Assembly: GCA_963806035.1 (NCBI GenBank)
Contig: CAWDWO010000011.1
Coordinates: 52,899 to 116,898 of the forward strand
Reading direction: 5' to 3'
Length of the DNA: 64,000 nt
Source of the DNA: Candidatus Krumholzibacteriota bacterium
Lineage (GTDB): Bacteria; Krumholzibacteriota; Krumholzibacteriia; JAJRXK01
Of the stretch, positions 41,095 to 50,721 are shown piece after piece (positions within the stretch are counted from its first letter, which is position 1; the number at the start of each line of letters is the position of its first letter). The notes beneath the pieces are model-generated. The model did not search any database and was not told the DNA's origin. It was given only the letters and a program-made list of their open reading frames with translations. The position numbers were made by a program, and so were the translations under genes.

Positions 41095-41784
41095 TCAGTC
41101 CTGCGACTTCTTCTCGTCCTCGGACGCCTTCTCCTCGCCCTCTTCACCCTCGCCCGCAGCCGCGCCCTCAGCGCCTTCTTCGCCCTCTTCGCCTTCGGCT
41201 CCGGCGACCTCGACGCTCATGCGGGTGGCAACCACGTGGCACAGCGCTGTGTCACCGGGCGTTTCCAGCTCGAATTCGCCACCGACCGCTTGCTCGGCGG
41301 TGATCTGCTCTCCGAGCTTCAGGGGAACGACGTCGACATCGATCGCGGCCGGGATCTTCTCGGGCAAGACGCGAAGCAGCACTTCCCGGTGCATCCACTC
41401 CAGAACTCCGTTCTCGTTCTTCACGCCGAAGGGAATTCCTTCTTTTTGCCGGAGCGGGACACGCACCACGATCGGCTTGTCCTTTTCGACCGCGAGCAGG
41501 TCCGCATGGAGCAACTTACGGCTCAGCGGATGCTTCTGGATTTCCTTGACGACGGCAAAGGTGACTTCCTTTTCTCCCTCGAACTTGAGGCGCAGGAGCA
41601 CGCGGCGACCGTAGTCGGACGAGATGGCTTGACGGAATTGGGCGGTATCGAGGGCCAGGGCTCGGGCTTCCGCACCCAGGCCGTAGAGCACCGCGGGAAG
41701 CTGAGCTTGCGCGCGCAATTTGCGCGCGACGCCCTTGCCGGTCTTCGGCCGGGCGATCGCACTCAGTTCGATCGTGTTGGACAT
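41095..41784 (-). CDS. rplY: 50S ribosomal protein L25 / general stress protein Ctc
   Basis: GKGVARKLR...PAVLYG, KEIQKHP..LLHADL, PEKIPAAIDVDV, acidic tail; ATG 41784 with GAGGAGG SD. Confidence 0.95.
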   Translation of the reverse strand: MSNTIELSAIARPKTGKGVARKLRAQAQLPAVLYGLGAEARALALDTAQFRQAISSDYGRRVLLRLKFEGEKEVTFAVVKEIQKHPLSRKLLHADLLAVEKDKPIVVRVPLRQKEGIPFGVKNENGVLEWMHREVLLRVLPEKIPAAIDVDVVPLKLGEQITAEQAVGGEFELETPGDTALCHVVATRMSVEVAGAEGEEGEEGAEGAAAGEGEEGEEKASEDEKKSQD

Positions 41785-41945
41785 GAAGTGAATCCTCCTC
41801 AAGGTCGCGTGGGATACCACCCACGCGGATTCCGCGCTCTTCGAGCTGGAATCGTGGTACCGATCGGAAACCGCCGCCTCAGGCGGTCGGCGAGCCCCCG
41901 GCACGGGATGCCGGGAGTCTCCTCGTCCCCCAAAGGGCGACAAGG
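41785..41945 (-). promoter_or_regulatory. Candidate structured rplY 5' leader (five tandem hairpins) downstream of a TATACT -10 box
   Basis: Stems CCUUGUC/GACGAGG, CCCGGCA/UGCCGGG, CCGCC/GGCGG, GAUUCC/GGAAUC, CGCGUGGG/CCCACGCG; TATACT at 41952-41957. Confidence 0.45.
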
Positions 41946-42037
41946 CAAGAGAGTATAGTCAGAAGCGCGGCTTTTGGGTAGTGCGAAGTGGCCGGGCAAA
42001 ATCCCCGCGCGGTGCCTCAACTTACGCTTTATTTTCG

Positions 42038-42976
42038 CTATACGAAGAGGCTCGAAACAGTCTGTTCGAGATGGATCCTCTTGATGGCCTCGGCCAGGAG
42101 CGGCGAGATGTCCAGGACCACCACCTTGGGGCACTCGGTGTGACGATGGAAGGCGATGGTGTTGGTGACCACCACTTCCCGCACCGGAGCCTCATTGAGC
42201 CGCTGCAGCGCGGGCCCGGAAAACAGCGCATGGGTGGCACAGATGTCGATGCTCAGCGCCCCCTGCTTCTGCAATTCACGAATCGCGTCGCTCATGGTTC
42301 CGGCGGTGTCGATCATGTCGTCGAAGAGCACCACGTTCTTCCCGCGCACGTCCCCGATGAAATTCATGACCTCCGCCTCGTTGGGACGCGGCCGGCGTTT
42401 GTCGATGATGGCCAGCGGGGCTCCCAGACGCTTGGCGAAGGCGCGAGCCATCTTGATGCTGCCCACGTCCGGAGCGACCACGCAGAGATTCTCCTCCCCC
42501 ACTCGACTCTGGAAGTAGTCCAAGAGCACCGGTGCGGCATAGAGATGGTCGAGCGGAATGTCGAAGAAGCCCTGAATCTGCGGCGCGTGCAGGTCCATGG
42601 TGAGTACGCGCTGCGCACCGGCCTCGCTGATCAAGTTCGCCATCAGTTTGGCCGCGATGGGAACCCGCGGCTGATCCTTGCGATCCTGCCTGGCGTAGCC
42701 GAAGTAGGGAATGACCGCGGTGATCCGCTGCGCGGAGGAGCGGCGGACGGCGTCGAGGAGGAGCAGCAGTTCCACCAGATTTCCCGCGGGAGGATTGGTG
42801 GGCTGGATCAGGAAGACGTCGGTGCCGCGGACGTTCTCCTGAATCTTGACGGAGATCTCGCCATCGCTGAAATCGACGATCGTGACTTCAGTTAGGGAAA
42901 CATCGAGGTATTGGCAGATCTTCTCCGCGAGGGCGACGTCGCCTCGCCCGGAGATGACTCTCAGTCTTCGGCCCAT
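42038..42976 (-). CDS. prs: Ribose-phosphate pyrophosphokinase
   Basis: FSDGE, PYFGYARQDRK, DLHAPQIQGFF, PDVG, DDMIDTAGT. Confidence 0.97.
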   Translation of the reverse strand: MGRRLRVISGRGDVALAEKICQYLDVSLTEVTIVDFSDGEISVKIQENVRGTDVFLIQPTNPPAGNLVELLLLLDAVRRSSAQRITAVIPYFGYARQDRKDQPRVPIAAKLMANLISEAGAQRVLTMDLHAPQIQGFFDIPLDHLYAAPVLLDYFQSRVGEENLCVVAPDVGSIKMARAFAKRLGAPLAIIDKRRPRPNEAEVMNFIGDVRGKNVVLFDDMIDTAGTMSDAIRELQKQGALSIDICATHALFSGPALQRLNEAPVREVVVTNTIAFHRHTECPKVVVLDISPLLAEAIKRIHLEQTVSSLFV

Positions 42977-43000
42977 GAACCCCGTATCCTCCCAAGACCG

Positions 43001-43324
43001 CTAGTAGGCATCCTCCGCGGCGAGTCCCTCGCCGCCATCGAACTGGGTGCTTGGCTGTGCGTGATCGGTCCGGGCGAGTTCTTCCTGGTAGGCGCCGATG
43101 ACCATGTTCTCCAACCACTCACGCGTCTCGCGATTGATTGGATGTGCGACGTCCTGGTAGGACCCGTCTTTTCGTTGGCGGCTGGGCATGGCCACGAACA
43201 TCCCGTTGGCGCCTTCGATGACCTTGAGACCTCGGATGACGAGGGAATCCTCGAGAGTGATGCTTGCGAAAGCCCTCAGCTTGTCGTCGTCACGGAGCGT
43301 GATTCTGATTTCAGTGATCTCCAA
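43001..43324 (-). CDS. spoVG: SpoVG family nucleic-acid-binding regulator
   Basis: EITEIRI, LRAFASIT, FVAMPSR, YQDVAHPI. Confidence 0.95.
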   Translation of the reverse strand: MEITEIRITLRDDDKLRAFASITLEDSLVIRGLKVIEGANGMFVAMPSRQRKDGSYQDVAHPINRETREWLENMVIGAYQEELARTDHAQPSTQFDGGEGLAAEDAY

Positions 43325-43377
43325 AGCCGTACCACCATCAGCAGGGGTGTCTGGGACAAAACTGAAACGTGGGCGGT

Positions 43378-44259
43378 CTAGTTCCCATCCTTGATGAGCT
43401 GGACTCCAACCTGACTGGACCTTCCGATCCAGTTGAACCCTTCGAGATCGCCAAGTTCCTCCCTGGCTCTCTCTGCTTCTTCGCGCGTCGAGTAGACCGC
43501 GAAGAGACTGGGCCCGCTACCGCTCATCATCGCCAGCCTTGGTTCCGTGTCCTGAAGACGCAGATACAAACGATGCAGAGCTGGATGCGCCGGCAGGACC
43601 ACATCGGCCAGACGATTGAATCCAGGCCAGGTGCGGTCGGGAAATCGCGACAGCAAGCTCTTATAATTTTGCAGGTTAACTTTGGGCCCATGATGGGTCA
43701 ACCCCATTCTGAGTCCCTCGTACACCTCGGCGGTGGAGAGTTCCAGCCGGGGGGTAATCAAGAAATAGACACCCCCACCGGAGGAATGCAGCGGGGTCAG
43801 CTCGTCGCCGACTCCGCGCGCTAACTGCGTTCCGCCGCGCAGAAAGAACGGAACGTCCGCTCCGATGCGGCGCGCCAGTTCGTGGAGTTCTTCCTCCTCG
43901 AGCTCCCGCTCCCACAGCTTGCACAAAGCCAAGAGAGTCGCCGCCGCGTCGGCCGAGCCGCCACCGAGTCCCGCCGCCACCGGAATTTCCTTGTGGATGT
44001 GGATGGTCGCGCCGGCTGTCAACTGCAGACGCTTGCGGAGCATCCGCGCCGCGATATGGCACAGATTGCGCCGGTCTTGGGGAACCGATGGATGCTCGCA
44101 GACGACGTGAATGGGACCCTTGGTGGGCCTGAACTGCAGGGTGTCGTGCAACTGGAGAGTCTGCAGCAGAGTCTCCACCTCGTGGTAGCCGTCCTCACGC
44201 TTGGCGAGGACCTCCAGGTGCAAGTTGACCTTGGCGTGGGCCTTGGCCGTAAGTCCCAT
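43378..44259 (-). CDS. ispE: 4-diphosphocytidyl-2-C-methyl-D-erythritol kinase
   Basis: AKVNLHL, KEIPVAAGLGGGSADAA, GADVPFF, MSGSGPS. Confidence 0.96.
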   Translation of the reverse strand: MGLTAKAHAKVNLHLEVLAKREDGYHEVETLLQTLQLHDTLQFRPTKGPIHVVCEHPSVPQDRRNLCHIAARMLRKRLQLTAGATIHIHKEIPVAAGLGGGSADAAATLLALCKLWERELEEEELHELARRIGADVPFFLRGGTQLARGVGDELTPLHSSGGGVYFLITPRLELSTAEVYEGLRMGLTHHGPKVNLQNYKSLLSRFPDRTWPGFNRLADVVLPAHPALHRLYLRLQDTEPRLAMMSGSGPSLFAVYSTREEAERAREELGDLEGFNWIGRSSQVGVQLIKDGN

Positions 44260-45320
44260 CAGTGTCTCCCGCCTCGCGCGTATTCGTGGAAAAGTTGACC
44301 CCAGGGTGTGCGACGCCAGAGCTTTCGCCAGCGCCGGCCGACCGAGGGATACCAGAGAAAATCACGCGCGGCGCGGCGGAAGAGACGCTGCGAGCCGCGC
44401 AGGCGATCCCCTCCCGGCAGGCGAAGAGTCCGTTCGGCAGGGGCGTGCATGGAAGACGACTCGAGAGTTTCGTCGAGAGCCTTTGAACTCTCACCCACGA
44501 TTTCAATTTCGCTGGGGAGAAGCGCGCCGAGATCCTGCTGCGCGCATCGTACCAGGAAGGGCACGCGCAGTGGATCGAGTCCGAGAATTCGCGCGCCCAC
44601 CGCATCGGCCGCGACCGGATCGCGCGAGGCAATGAGGAGGTTCTGCACGCTGGGCCGCAGCCTGCGTGGCCCCGGTCCCAATCCAGCGACTGTCGCATCG
44701 ATCACGCAGAGGAGCCCTGGATGCAGCTCCCGGGCGGTCCGGAGTGCGTCCGCCAGGACCTCGGCCACGCGGGGCCGTCCGCGCAACTCGTCGCGATCGA
44801 GAAATTCCGAGGCTACCGCCCACACCGCGCTCGAGAGTCCCAGTGTCGCGTGCGCCCTCAGATTGCTCAGATAGATGAGCTCCCGGTCCTTCAGGATGGT
44901 CGGAACTGCGATGCTGCCGTCGACGGACGACTCGAGCCCGGCGCGGCGCTTCGGCGCCTCGTAGGACCAGGTTTCACCGGGAAGGGTGGTCAGGGAGAGC
45001 TTGTGCCTCTGCAGGACCCCGCTCAACTGGTAGCGATCCGCCGCCCGGCGCGGGGAGACTTCCGAAGAACCGCGCGACCCCACCACCATCTTCGCGCTGT
45101 CGCAGTGGAGATTGGCGAGGGCTCTGAGAACCCCCTCCAGCTGCCAGGGCGGGGGACCCGCCGCCGGTTGATAACGGTTCCAGACCAGATCGAGAAGAAT
45201 GGCGGGCGGACGGGAGGGGGATGCGAACTCCGTCAGCCCGGCCAGAGTCAGCACTCTGGAGTAGTCCTCCAGAATGGTCTCGGGGGTGGCCGAGACCACC
45301 GCCACTTTGCTCCAAGCCAT
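44259..45320 (-). CDS. DUF362-like protein with degenerate conserved motifs
   Basis: SKVAVV..TPETILEDY, PPWQLEGVLRAL, D.TVAGLGPGPR, LIASRDPVAADAV.ARILG.DP, TPWG.LF.EY. Confidence 0.7.
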   Translation of the reverse strand: MAWSKVAVVSATPETILEDYSRVLTLAGLTEFASPSRPPAILLDLVWNRYQPAAGPPPWQLEGVLRALANLHCDSAKMVVGSRGSSEVSPRRAADRYQLSGVLQRHKLSLTTLPGETWSYEAPKRRAGLESSVDGSIAVPTILKDRELIYLSNLRAHATLGLSSAVWAVASEFLDRDELRGRPRVAEVLADALRTARELHPGLLCVIDATVAGLGPGPRRLRPSVQNLLIASRDPVAADAVGARILGLDPLRVPFLVRCAQQDLGALLPSEIEIVGESSKALDETLESSSMHAPAERTLRLPGGDRLRGSQRLFRRAARDFLWYPSVGRRWRKLWRRTPWGQLFHEYARGGRH

Positions 45321-45356
45321 GAACGAGATCTCCTCGGGTGCAGAAAGCGCGCCTGT

Positions 45357-46238
45357 TCAACGCCGGTAGAGGATTACCATCACCGCGGCGAACCAGAGCG
45401 CGACCGTCAGAACGATGGATCTTCGCGAAACGAGAGTCTCGGAGGGATCTCCCCCTTCGGCCTCTTCGGTGACCAGATAGAGATAACGGCTCAGGCCGTA
45501 GAAGACAAAGGGGATGGTGTAGAGCAGGCGCGTGGTCCCGAAGCGCTCGACGGTATCGGGCCAGATCGTGTAGAGCCCATAGCTCAGCAGGGTGGCGGCC
45601 GCGGTCATGGTGAGCAGGCGGCTGAGGAAGGCCTCGGTGTAGCCGTGGAGGGTCACCCGATGCCCGCCACCCGCCACGTGCAGCTCGTGGTAGCGCTTTC
45701 CCAGACCGAGGAAGAGGGACAGGAGGAAGGTGCACATCAAGAGCCAGGGCGAGATGGCCACGGGATGGCCGGCATCCCGCAGCAGCTCGGCGCCCGCGAT
45801 GGCCCGCATGACGAATCCCACCGCGATGGTGATGAGATCCAGGATGACGACGTTTCGAAACGAGAGTGCATAGACCAGGTTCAGCAGCAGGTACGCCACC
45901 GCCACCGAGAAGAAGCCGCGGCCAAGCCACCAGGCGCCCGTGAGACCCACGATGAGGAACCCCGCCGCGGCCAGGCTCACGGTCTTGGGAGAGATCTCTC
46001 CCGCGACCAAGGGCCGCAAGCGCTTGGTGGGATGCTGAGCATCGCTCTCTCTGTCCTTGAGATCGTTGAGAAGGTAGACCGCGGAAGAGAGAAGGCAGAA
46101 GATCGCAAAGCCCACGCCCGTGCGCAGGAGCAGATCGGTCTCCCCCATCAATTCGGCGAAGATCAACGCTGCGAAGACCACCAGGTTCTTGATCCACTGA
46201 TGGATTCGCATGCTGCGCAGGAGCGGTGCTGTGATCAT
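45357..46238 (-). CDS. UbiA-family polyprenyl-phosphate phosphoribosyltransferase (DPPR-synthase-like)
   Basis: RIHQWIKNLVVF, SSAVYLLNDLKDRESDAQHPTKRLRP, GFVMRAIAG, KRYHEL, TIPFVFYGLSRY. Confidence 0.9.
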   Translation of the reverse strand: MITAPLLRSMRIHQWIKNLVVFAALIFAELMGETDLLLRTGVGFAIFCLLSSAVYLLNDLKDRESDAQHPTKRLRPLVAGEISPKTVSLAAAGFLIVGLTGAWWLGRGFFSVAVAYLLLNLVYALSFRNVVILDLITIAVGFVMRAIAGAELLRDAGHPVAISPWLLMCTFLLSLFLGLGKRYHELHVAGGGHRVTLHGYTEAFLSRLLTMTAAATLLSYGLYTIWPDTVERFGTTRLLYTIPFVFYGLSRYLYLVTEEAEGGDPSETLVSRRSIVLTVALWFAAVMVILYRR

Positions 46239-46257
46239 CGTCGAATTCTCCAGAGTT

Positions 46258-47631
46258 CTAGTAGGCGTTGTCGCCCTTGATCACGCTCTTCACGGTACGC
46301 AGCAAAACCCTGAGATCGAATCCCAGTGACCAGTTTTCGACATAGTGCAGATCGTAGAGTGTCCGGTCCTCGATGGGAGTGTTGCCACGGAGGCCGTTCA
46401 CCTGCGCCCAACCCGTGAGACCACTCCTCACCCGGTGACGTTCGAGATAGCGGGGAATCTTGCGGTCGAACTCCTCCGCGAAGTGCGCGCGTTCCGGCCG
46501 GGGCCCCACCATGCTCATGTCACCTTTGAGAACATTCCACAGCTGAGGCAGCTCGTCGAGACTGAATCGCCTCAGCACCCGCCCCGTCCAGGTCCGGCGT
46601 GGATCGTTCTGAACCGTCCAGACCGGCCCGGAATCCGTTTCGGCATCGATCCTCATGGTGCGGAACTTGAGCATGGCGAAGACCCGATTGTCGCGCCCCA
46701 ATCTCTCCTGCCGGTACAACACGGGGCCCCGCGAATTCAGCTTTACCAGGATGGCGAGCAGGAGCAAGAGAGGTGAGAGCAGCACCAGAGCCAAGAACGA
46801 AGACAGGATGTCGAAAGTGCGCTTGATGATCCGGTCCATTCCCGAAAGCCCGCAACCGCGCAGACTGATGAAGGGGATCCCCGCGATTTCGCTGAGACGC
46901 ATGCGGCTGACGCGGAGGCGATCCATGTCCGGCACGAAGAAGACGTCGACATGATGGCCACCCAGGCGTTGGGCGATCTCGGCCGCCGCGCGCAGATCCT
47001 CGAAGGAGAGCGCGAGCACGACCGTGTCCGCGTTCAGTTCGAGCATCTTGGCCTCGACCGCTTCGGGTTCGAGCTGGTCGGTTTCCCCCAAGATGCGAAA
47101 TCCCAGGCCGGGTAGACGCTGGTAGGTCTCCTCGATTCTCTTTGCCATGCTGGTTTTCCCCACCAGCAGTACACCGAGCGTGCCCACTCCCCTGCTATAC
47201 AGACGCCGCAGAATCGTGCGAATGAAGAGTCGCTCCACGATGAGAAAGAACAGGCTCATCCAGAAGAAGAGTCCGAAGAAGGTGCGAGAGTAGCTCACCT
47301 GGCGCACGAAGAAGGCCAGGGCCAGCACCACCAGGCTGCCCACCACGACGCCTCGACCCAGGCCGGCGAGATCCTCTTCGAACGAGCTGCGGCGGGTGGG
47401 ATCGTACAGACCTTCGGAATAGAAGATGCCCACCCAGATGAGAAGCAGCACCAGGCTCGTCACCAAATAGGGACCCAGCGGCGGCACTCCCAGAGGTACG
47501 GCGAACCAACCGCTCTGAAACCGGAGCACATAGCTGCAGAGGAATGCCGCTTCCAGGGCGACGAGATCTCCGAGCAAGAAGAGCGTCGGCCTGAGCAAGT
47601 CCCGTTTCCGTCCGATTCCCGTCTTGAGCAT
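46258..47631 (-). CDS. wcaJ: Undecaprenyl-phosphate glucose phosphotransferase (WcaJ-type PGT)
   Basis: KRTFDI, KFRTM, SLDELPQLWNVLKGDMSMVGPRPER, GLTGWAQVNG, DLHYVENWS. Confidence 0.9.
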   Translation of the reverse strand: MLKTGIGRKRDLLRPTLFLLGDLVALEAAFLCSYVLRFQSGWFAVPLGVPPLGPYLVTSLVLLLIWVGIFYSEGLYDPTRRSSFEEDLAGLGRGVVVGSLVVLALAFFVRQVSYSRTFFGLFFWMSLFFLIVERLFIRTILRRLYSRGVGTLGVLLVGKTSMAKRIEETYQRLPGLGFRILGETDQLEPEAVEAKMLELNADTVVLALSFEDLRAAAEIAQRLGGHHVDVFFVPDMDRLRVSRMRLSEIAGIPFISLRGCGLSGMDRIIKRTFDILSSFLALVLLSPLLLLLAILVKLNSRGPVLYRQERLGRDNRVFAMLKFRTMRIDAETDSGPVWTVQNDPRRTWTGRVLRRFSLDELPQLWNVLKGDMSMVGPRPERAHFAEEFDRKIPRYLERHRVRSGLTGWAQVNGLRGNTPIEDRTLYDLHYVENWSLGFDLRVLLRTVKSVIKGDNAY

Positions 47632-47639
47632 GTGGCACC

Positions 47640-48812
47640 TCAGTCCGCTCGCACGCGACCCCGATGGTAGGCGAAAGCCAGGCGTTGCTCCAGGCGTTCA
47701 AGGAATCCCTCTCTGGAAAACTTCGCGGCGTGACGGCGCATGCTCTCCGCATCGAAGGAGAGGTCCTCGGCTTCGAAAGCGGCCAGAGCATCGCGCAGCG
47801 CGGCGGCTCCCGGCTCGCGATAGAAGCGGCCGGTCACTCCGTCGATGACGGTATCCAGGGCTCCTCCCTCTCCCAGGGCCAAAACGGGCAGACCCGAGGC
47901 GGCCGCCTCCAGTGGAGTGATTCCGAAGTCCTCCACTCCCGGGAAGAGGAGCGCGCGGTGCGTCGCCATGAGATTTGGCAGCTCTTCGTCCGCGACGAAT
48001 CCCAGGAACCGAATTCGATCCGCGGCTCCGCATTGCGCGGCCAGGGCGCGCAATCTCGGCAGCTCGGGCCCCGTACCCGCGACGGTGAGCGTACGATCGC
48101 TGAGGGCGCAGGCCTCGACTGCGTCGTGAATTCGCTTGTAGGGAACCAGGGCGGAGACCACCAGGTACTGGTCTTCTCTCTCGAGCTTGGGCGAAGGCGC
48201 GGGGAAAGCATCGAGATCGACCGGAGGGAAGAGCACTTCCACACTTTGCGGGTCGACCGAGTAATAGCGCAGGATGCGTTGGCGAACGAAAGTGGAATTG
48301 GCCAGGTAGTGGTCCACGCGCGAGGCGCTGCGCCGGTCCCACTCGCGCAGCCTCGCGGCCTGCCATTCGATGAGTCTCCGCTTGAGTCCGCGCGTGGCTT
48401 GGAAGTAGTCGTCGAAGCGATCCCAGACATAGCGCATTGGTGTGTGGCAGTAGCAGACGTGGACGGCCTCGCGCCCCGCGATCGCTCCTTTGGCTACGCA
48501 GTGGCTGGTGCTCACCACCAGATCGAAACGCCGCAGATCGAGATGATCGACCCAGGCGGGATAGAGCGGCAAGAGGTAACGGTATCTCGTCTGGATCCCC
48601 GGCAGACGATTCATCCAGGAAGCGTGAACCGGCCTATCTTCGATCTCGGGGTGACTGGAGCCCGGCAAGTAGAAAAGCGTGAAGAGCTCAGCGCGGGGGA
48701 AGATCTTGCACAGGGCGTGCAGGACTTTCTCGCCGCCGCGGTAGCCGTTGAGCCAATCGTGGACCAGGGCCACCTTCAGATTCTCCGGCAGCGACTCTGC
48801 GGCCGTCTTCAC
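47640..48812 (-). CDS. GT4 family glycosyltransferase
   Basis: KVALVHDWL...RGGEKVL, YCHTPMRYVWD, LVPYKR, EDFGITPLEA. Confidence 0.92.
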   Translation of the reverse strand: MKTAAESLPENLKVALVHDWLNGYRGGEKVLHALCKIFPRAELFTLFYLPGSSHPEIEDRPVHASWMNRLPGIQTRYRYLLPLYPAWVDHLDLRRFDLVVSTSHCVAKGAIAGREAVHVCYCHTPMRYVWDRFDDYFQATRGLKRRLIEWQAARLREWDRRSASRVDHYLANSTFVRQRILRYYSVDPQSVEVLFPPVDLDAFPAPSPKLEREDQYLVVSALVPYKRIHDAVEACALSDRTLTVAGTGPELPRLRALAAQCGAADRIRFLGFVADEELPNLMATHRALLFPGVEDFGITPLEAAASGLPVLALGEGGALDTVIDGVTGRFYREPGAAALRDALAAFEAEDLSFDAESMRRHAAKFSREGFLERLEQRLAFAYHRGRVRAD

Positions 48813-49468
48813 GCATCTTCCTCCCGTGCCCGGGAGTTGTGGGAAGCCTCGAAGACAAGTTCCCGGGCCACCGATGGAGAGAAGCCACGACTGCTCAGAA
48901 AACGAATCGCGCGCGCCTTTCCTTTGTCCCCGTCGAGCGGGTAGTGGCGGCTCGCCAGTGCCGCGGCGCAGAGCTCTCTCTCGCGACCTTCCGGGAAGAG
49001 CGCATCGAGGACGAATTCAATGGCCTCAGGAGCGACGCCGTGGTCGTGGAGACCGCTGCGTAACCAACGCGGACCCACCGGGCGCCGCGCGAGTTGATCG
49101 CGACACCAGGACTCCGCGAAACGGCGATCATCGAGAAGTCCTTGCTCGGTGAGCTGCTGCAGAACCGCATCCACCGCTTCTTGGGGGAAGTCCTTCTGAC
49201 GGAGTCGGCTGCGCAGTCGTGAGGAACTGTAGAAACGCCGGTCCAGCAGCTTCAAGGCTGCCCGGGCGACGCCCTTGCGTGCCGCCGCGAATCGGAGACC
49301 GTACAATGCATCGTCGTTCAGGTGTTGGCCGACGCTCAATCCCTGAAGCTCTTGCGCCGACGGGGCCACTTCGTAGGTGGCCCCGTCGCTCGTGTGGACA
49401 GTGATCGTGCCGGCCCGGGCGTCTTCTTCCCAGCCCGTGACTTCGATCTCTGGCTCGCTCCGGCTCAC
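48809..49468 (-). CDS. recX: Regulatory protein RecX
   Basis: [28 protein letters not shown]; follows recA. Confidence 0.9.
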   Translation of the reverse strand: MSRSEPEIEVTGWEEDARAGTITVHTSDGATYEVAPSAQELQGLSVGQHLNDDALYGLRFAAARKGVARAALKLLDRRFYSSSRLRSRLRQKDFPQEAVDAVLQQLTEQGLLDDRRFAESWCRDQLARRPVGPRWLRSGLHDHGVAPEAIEFVLDALFPEGRERELCAAALASRHYPLDGDKGKARAIRFLSSRGFSPSVARELVFEASHNSRAREEDA

Positions 49469-50571
49469 GCCGCGGTGCTCTTGGCCTTGCGGCTCTTGGC
49501 CCGAGAAGTGTCGACCGCCGCCTTCTGGGGCTCAGGTTCCGCCGGCTTCTCTCCCTTGCCCTTGGGCAGGGGGATTCCGTAGTGCGTGAACACGTCCCTT
49601 TGAATCTTGGCGCGCAGGTCGGTGTTCTCCTTGAGGAAGAGACGCACGTTTTCGCGACCCTGCCCCAGCCTCTCTTCACCGTAGCTGAACCACGCGCCGC
49701 TTTTCTTGATCACGTCCCCCTCGACACCCAGATCGATGAGATCGCCCTCGAAGGAGATCCCCTCGTTGTAGAGAATGTCGAACTCGCACTTCTTGAACGG
49801 AGGCGCCACCTTGTTCTTCACGACTTTCACGCGAACGCGATTCCCCGTGACCTTGTCGCCTTCGGTGATGCCGCCGATGCGACGAATGTCCAATCGCACT
49901 GAAGCGTAGAATTTGAGAGCATTGCCGCCTGAGGTCGTCTCGGGATTTCCGAACATGACCCCGATTTTCATGCGAATCTGGTTGGTGAAAATCACCATGG
50001 TATTCGTCTTCTTGATCGCGCCGGTGAGTTTGCGCAGGGCTTGACTCATGAGCCGAGCCTGCAGACCCACATGCTGATCCCCCATTTCGCCCTCGATCTC
50101 CGCGCGCGGCACCAGGGCCGCGACCGAGTCGATCACGATGACGTCGAGGGCCCCGCTTCGCACGAGCATCTCGGCGATTTCCAGGGCCTGCTCTCCGGTG
50201 TCGGGCTGGCTCACGAGCAGATTGTCGATGTCCACGCCCAAGCGCCGCGCATAGATGGGATCCATCGCGTGTTCGGCGTCGATGAACGCCGCCATTCCGC
50301 CCTCGCGTTGCGCGTTGGCAATGACCGACAGACAGAGGGTCGTCTTGCCGCTCCCTTCGGGACCGTAGACCTCGGTGACCCGTCCCCGGGGTAGGCCTCC
50401 AATGCCGATCGCGATGTCGAGGGCCACGCTTCCCGTGGAAATGGGAATGACGTCCTCGACGGCGCCTTCGTCTCCGAGGCGCATCAGTGCGCCTTTGCCG
50501 TATTGCTTTTCGATTTGCGCGCGAGTGAGTTCCAGTGCTTGGAGGCGGTCGTCTCTTGGGTCCTTAGCCAT
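49465..50571 (-). CDS. recA: Recombinase RecA
   Basis: [53 protein letters not shown] 50571. Confidence 0.99.
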   Translation of the reverse strand: MAKDPRDDRLQALELTRAQIEKQYGKGALMRLGDEGAVEDVIPISTGSVALDIAIGIGGLPRGRVTEVYGPEGSGKTTLCLSVIANAQREGGMAAFIDAEHAMDPIYARRLGVDIDNLLVSQPDTGEQALEIAEMLVRSGALDVIVIDSVAALVPRAEIEGEMGDQHVGLQARLMSQALRKLTGAIKKTNTMVIFTNQIRMKIGVMFGNPETTSGGNALKFYASVRLDIRRIGGITEGDKVTGNRVRVKVVKNKVAPPFKKCEFDILYNEGISFEGDLIDLGVEGDVIKKSGAWFSYGEERLGQGRENVRLFLKENTDLRAKIQRDVFTHYGIPLPKGKGEKPAEPEPQKAAVDTSRAKSRKAKSTAA

Positions 50572-50672
50572 GAATTTCCCTTCCTGGTGGAAGCTGGATG
50601 TACATCTCTTAGGAGGATTGATCAAAGAGAGGCCGAGCCCGTGGGGTAGCCCGGATCGACGCCGCAAGCGGC

Positions 50673-50701
50673 ACTGTAGCACGCGCCTCTGCCGGACGCA
50701 A
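50673..50701 (-). promoter_or_regulatory. Putative internal recA promoter
   Basis: TTGCGT-17 bp-(TGc)TACAGT. Confidence 0.55.
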
Positions 50702-50721
50702 GGCGGCGGGGCCGCGGAAAT

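Noticed and set aside
41095..41215. Repetitive GAA/GGC-rich sequence
   Set aside because: It encodes the ordinary acidic low-complexity tail of L25/Ctc, not a DNA repeat or CRISPR array.
43001..43324. spoVG as evidence of sporulation
   Set aside because: SpoVG is a general nucleic-acid-binding protein found at the ispE-prs locus in many non-sporulating bacteria.
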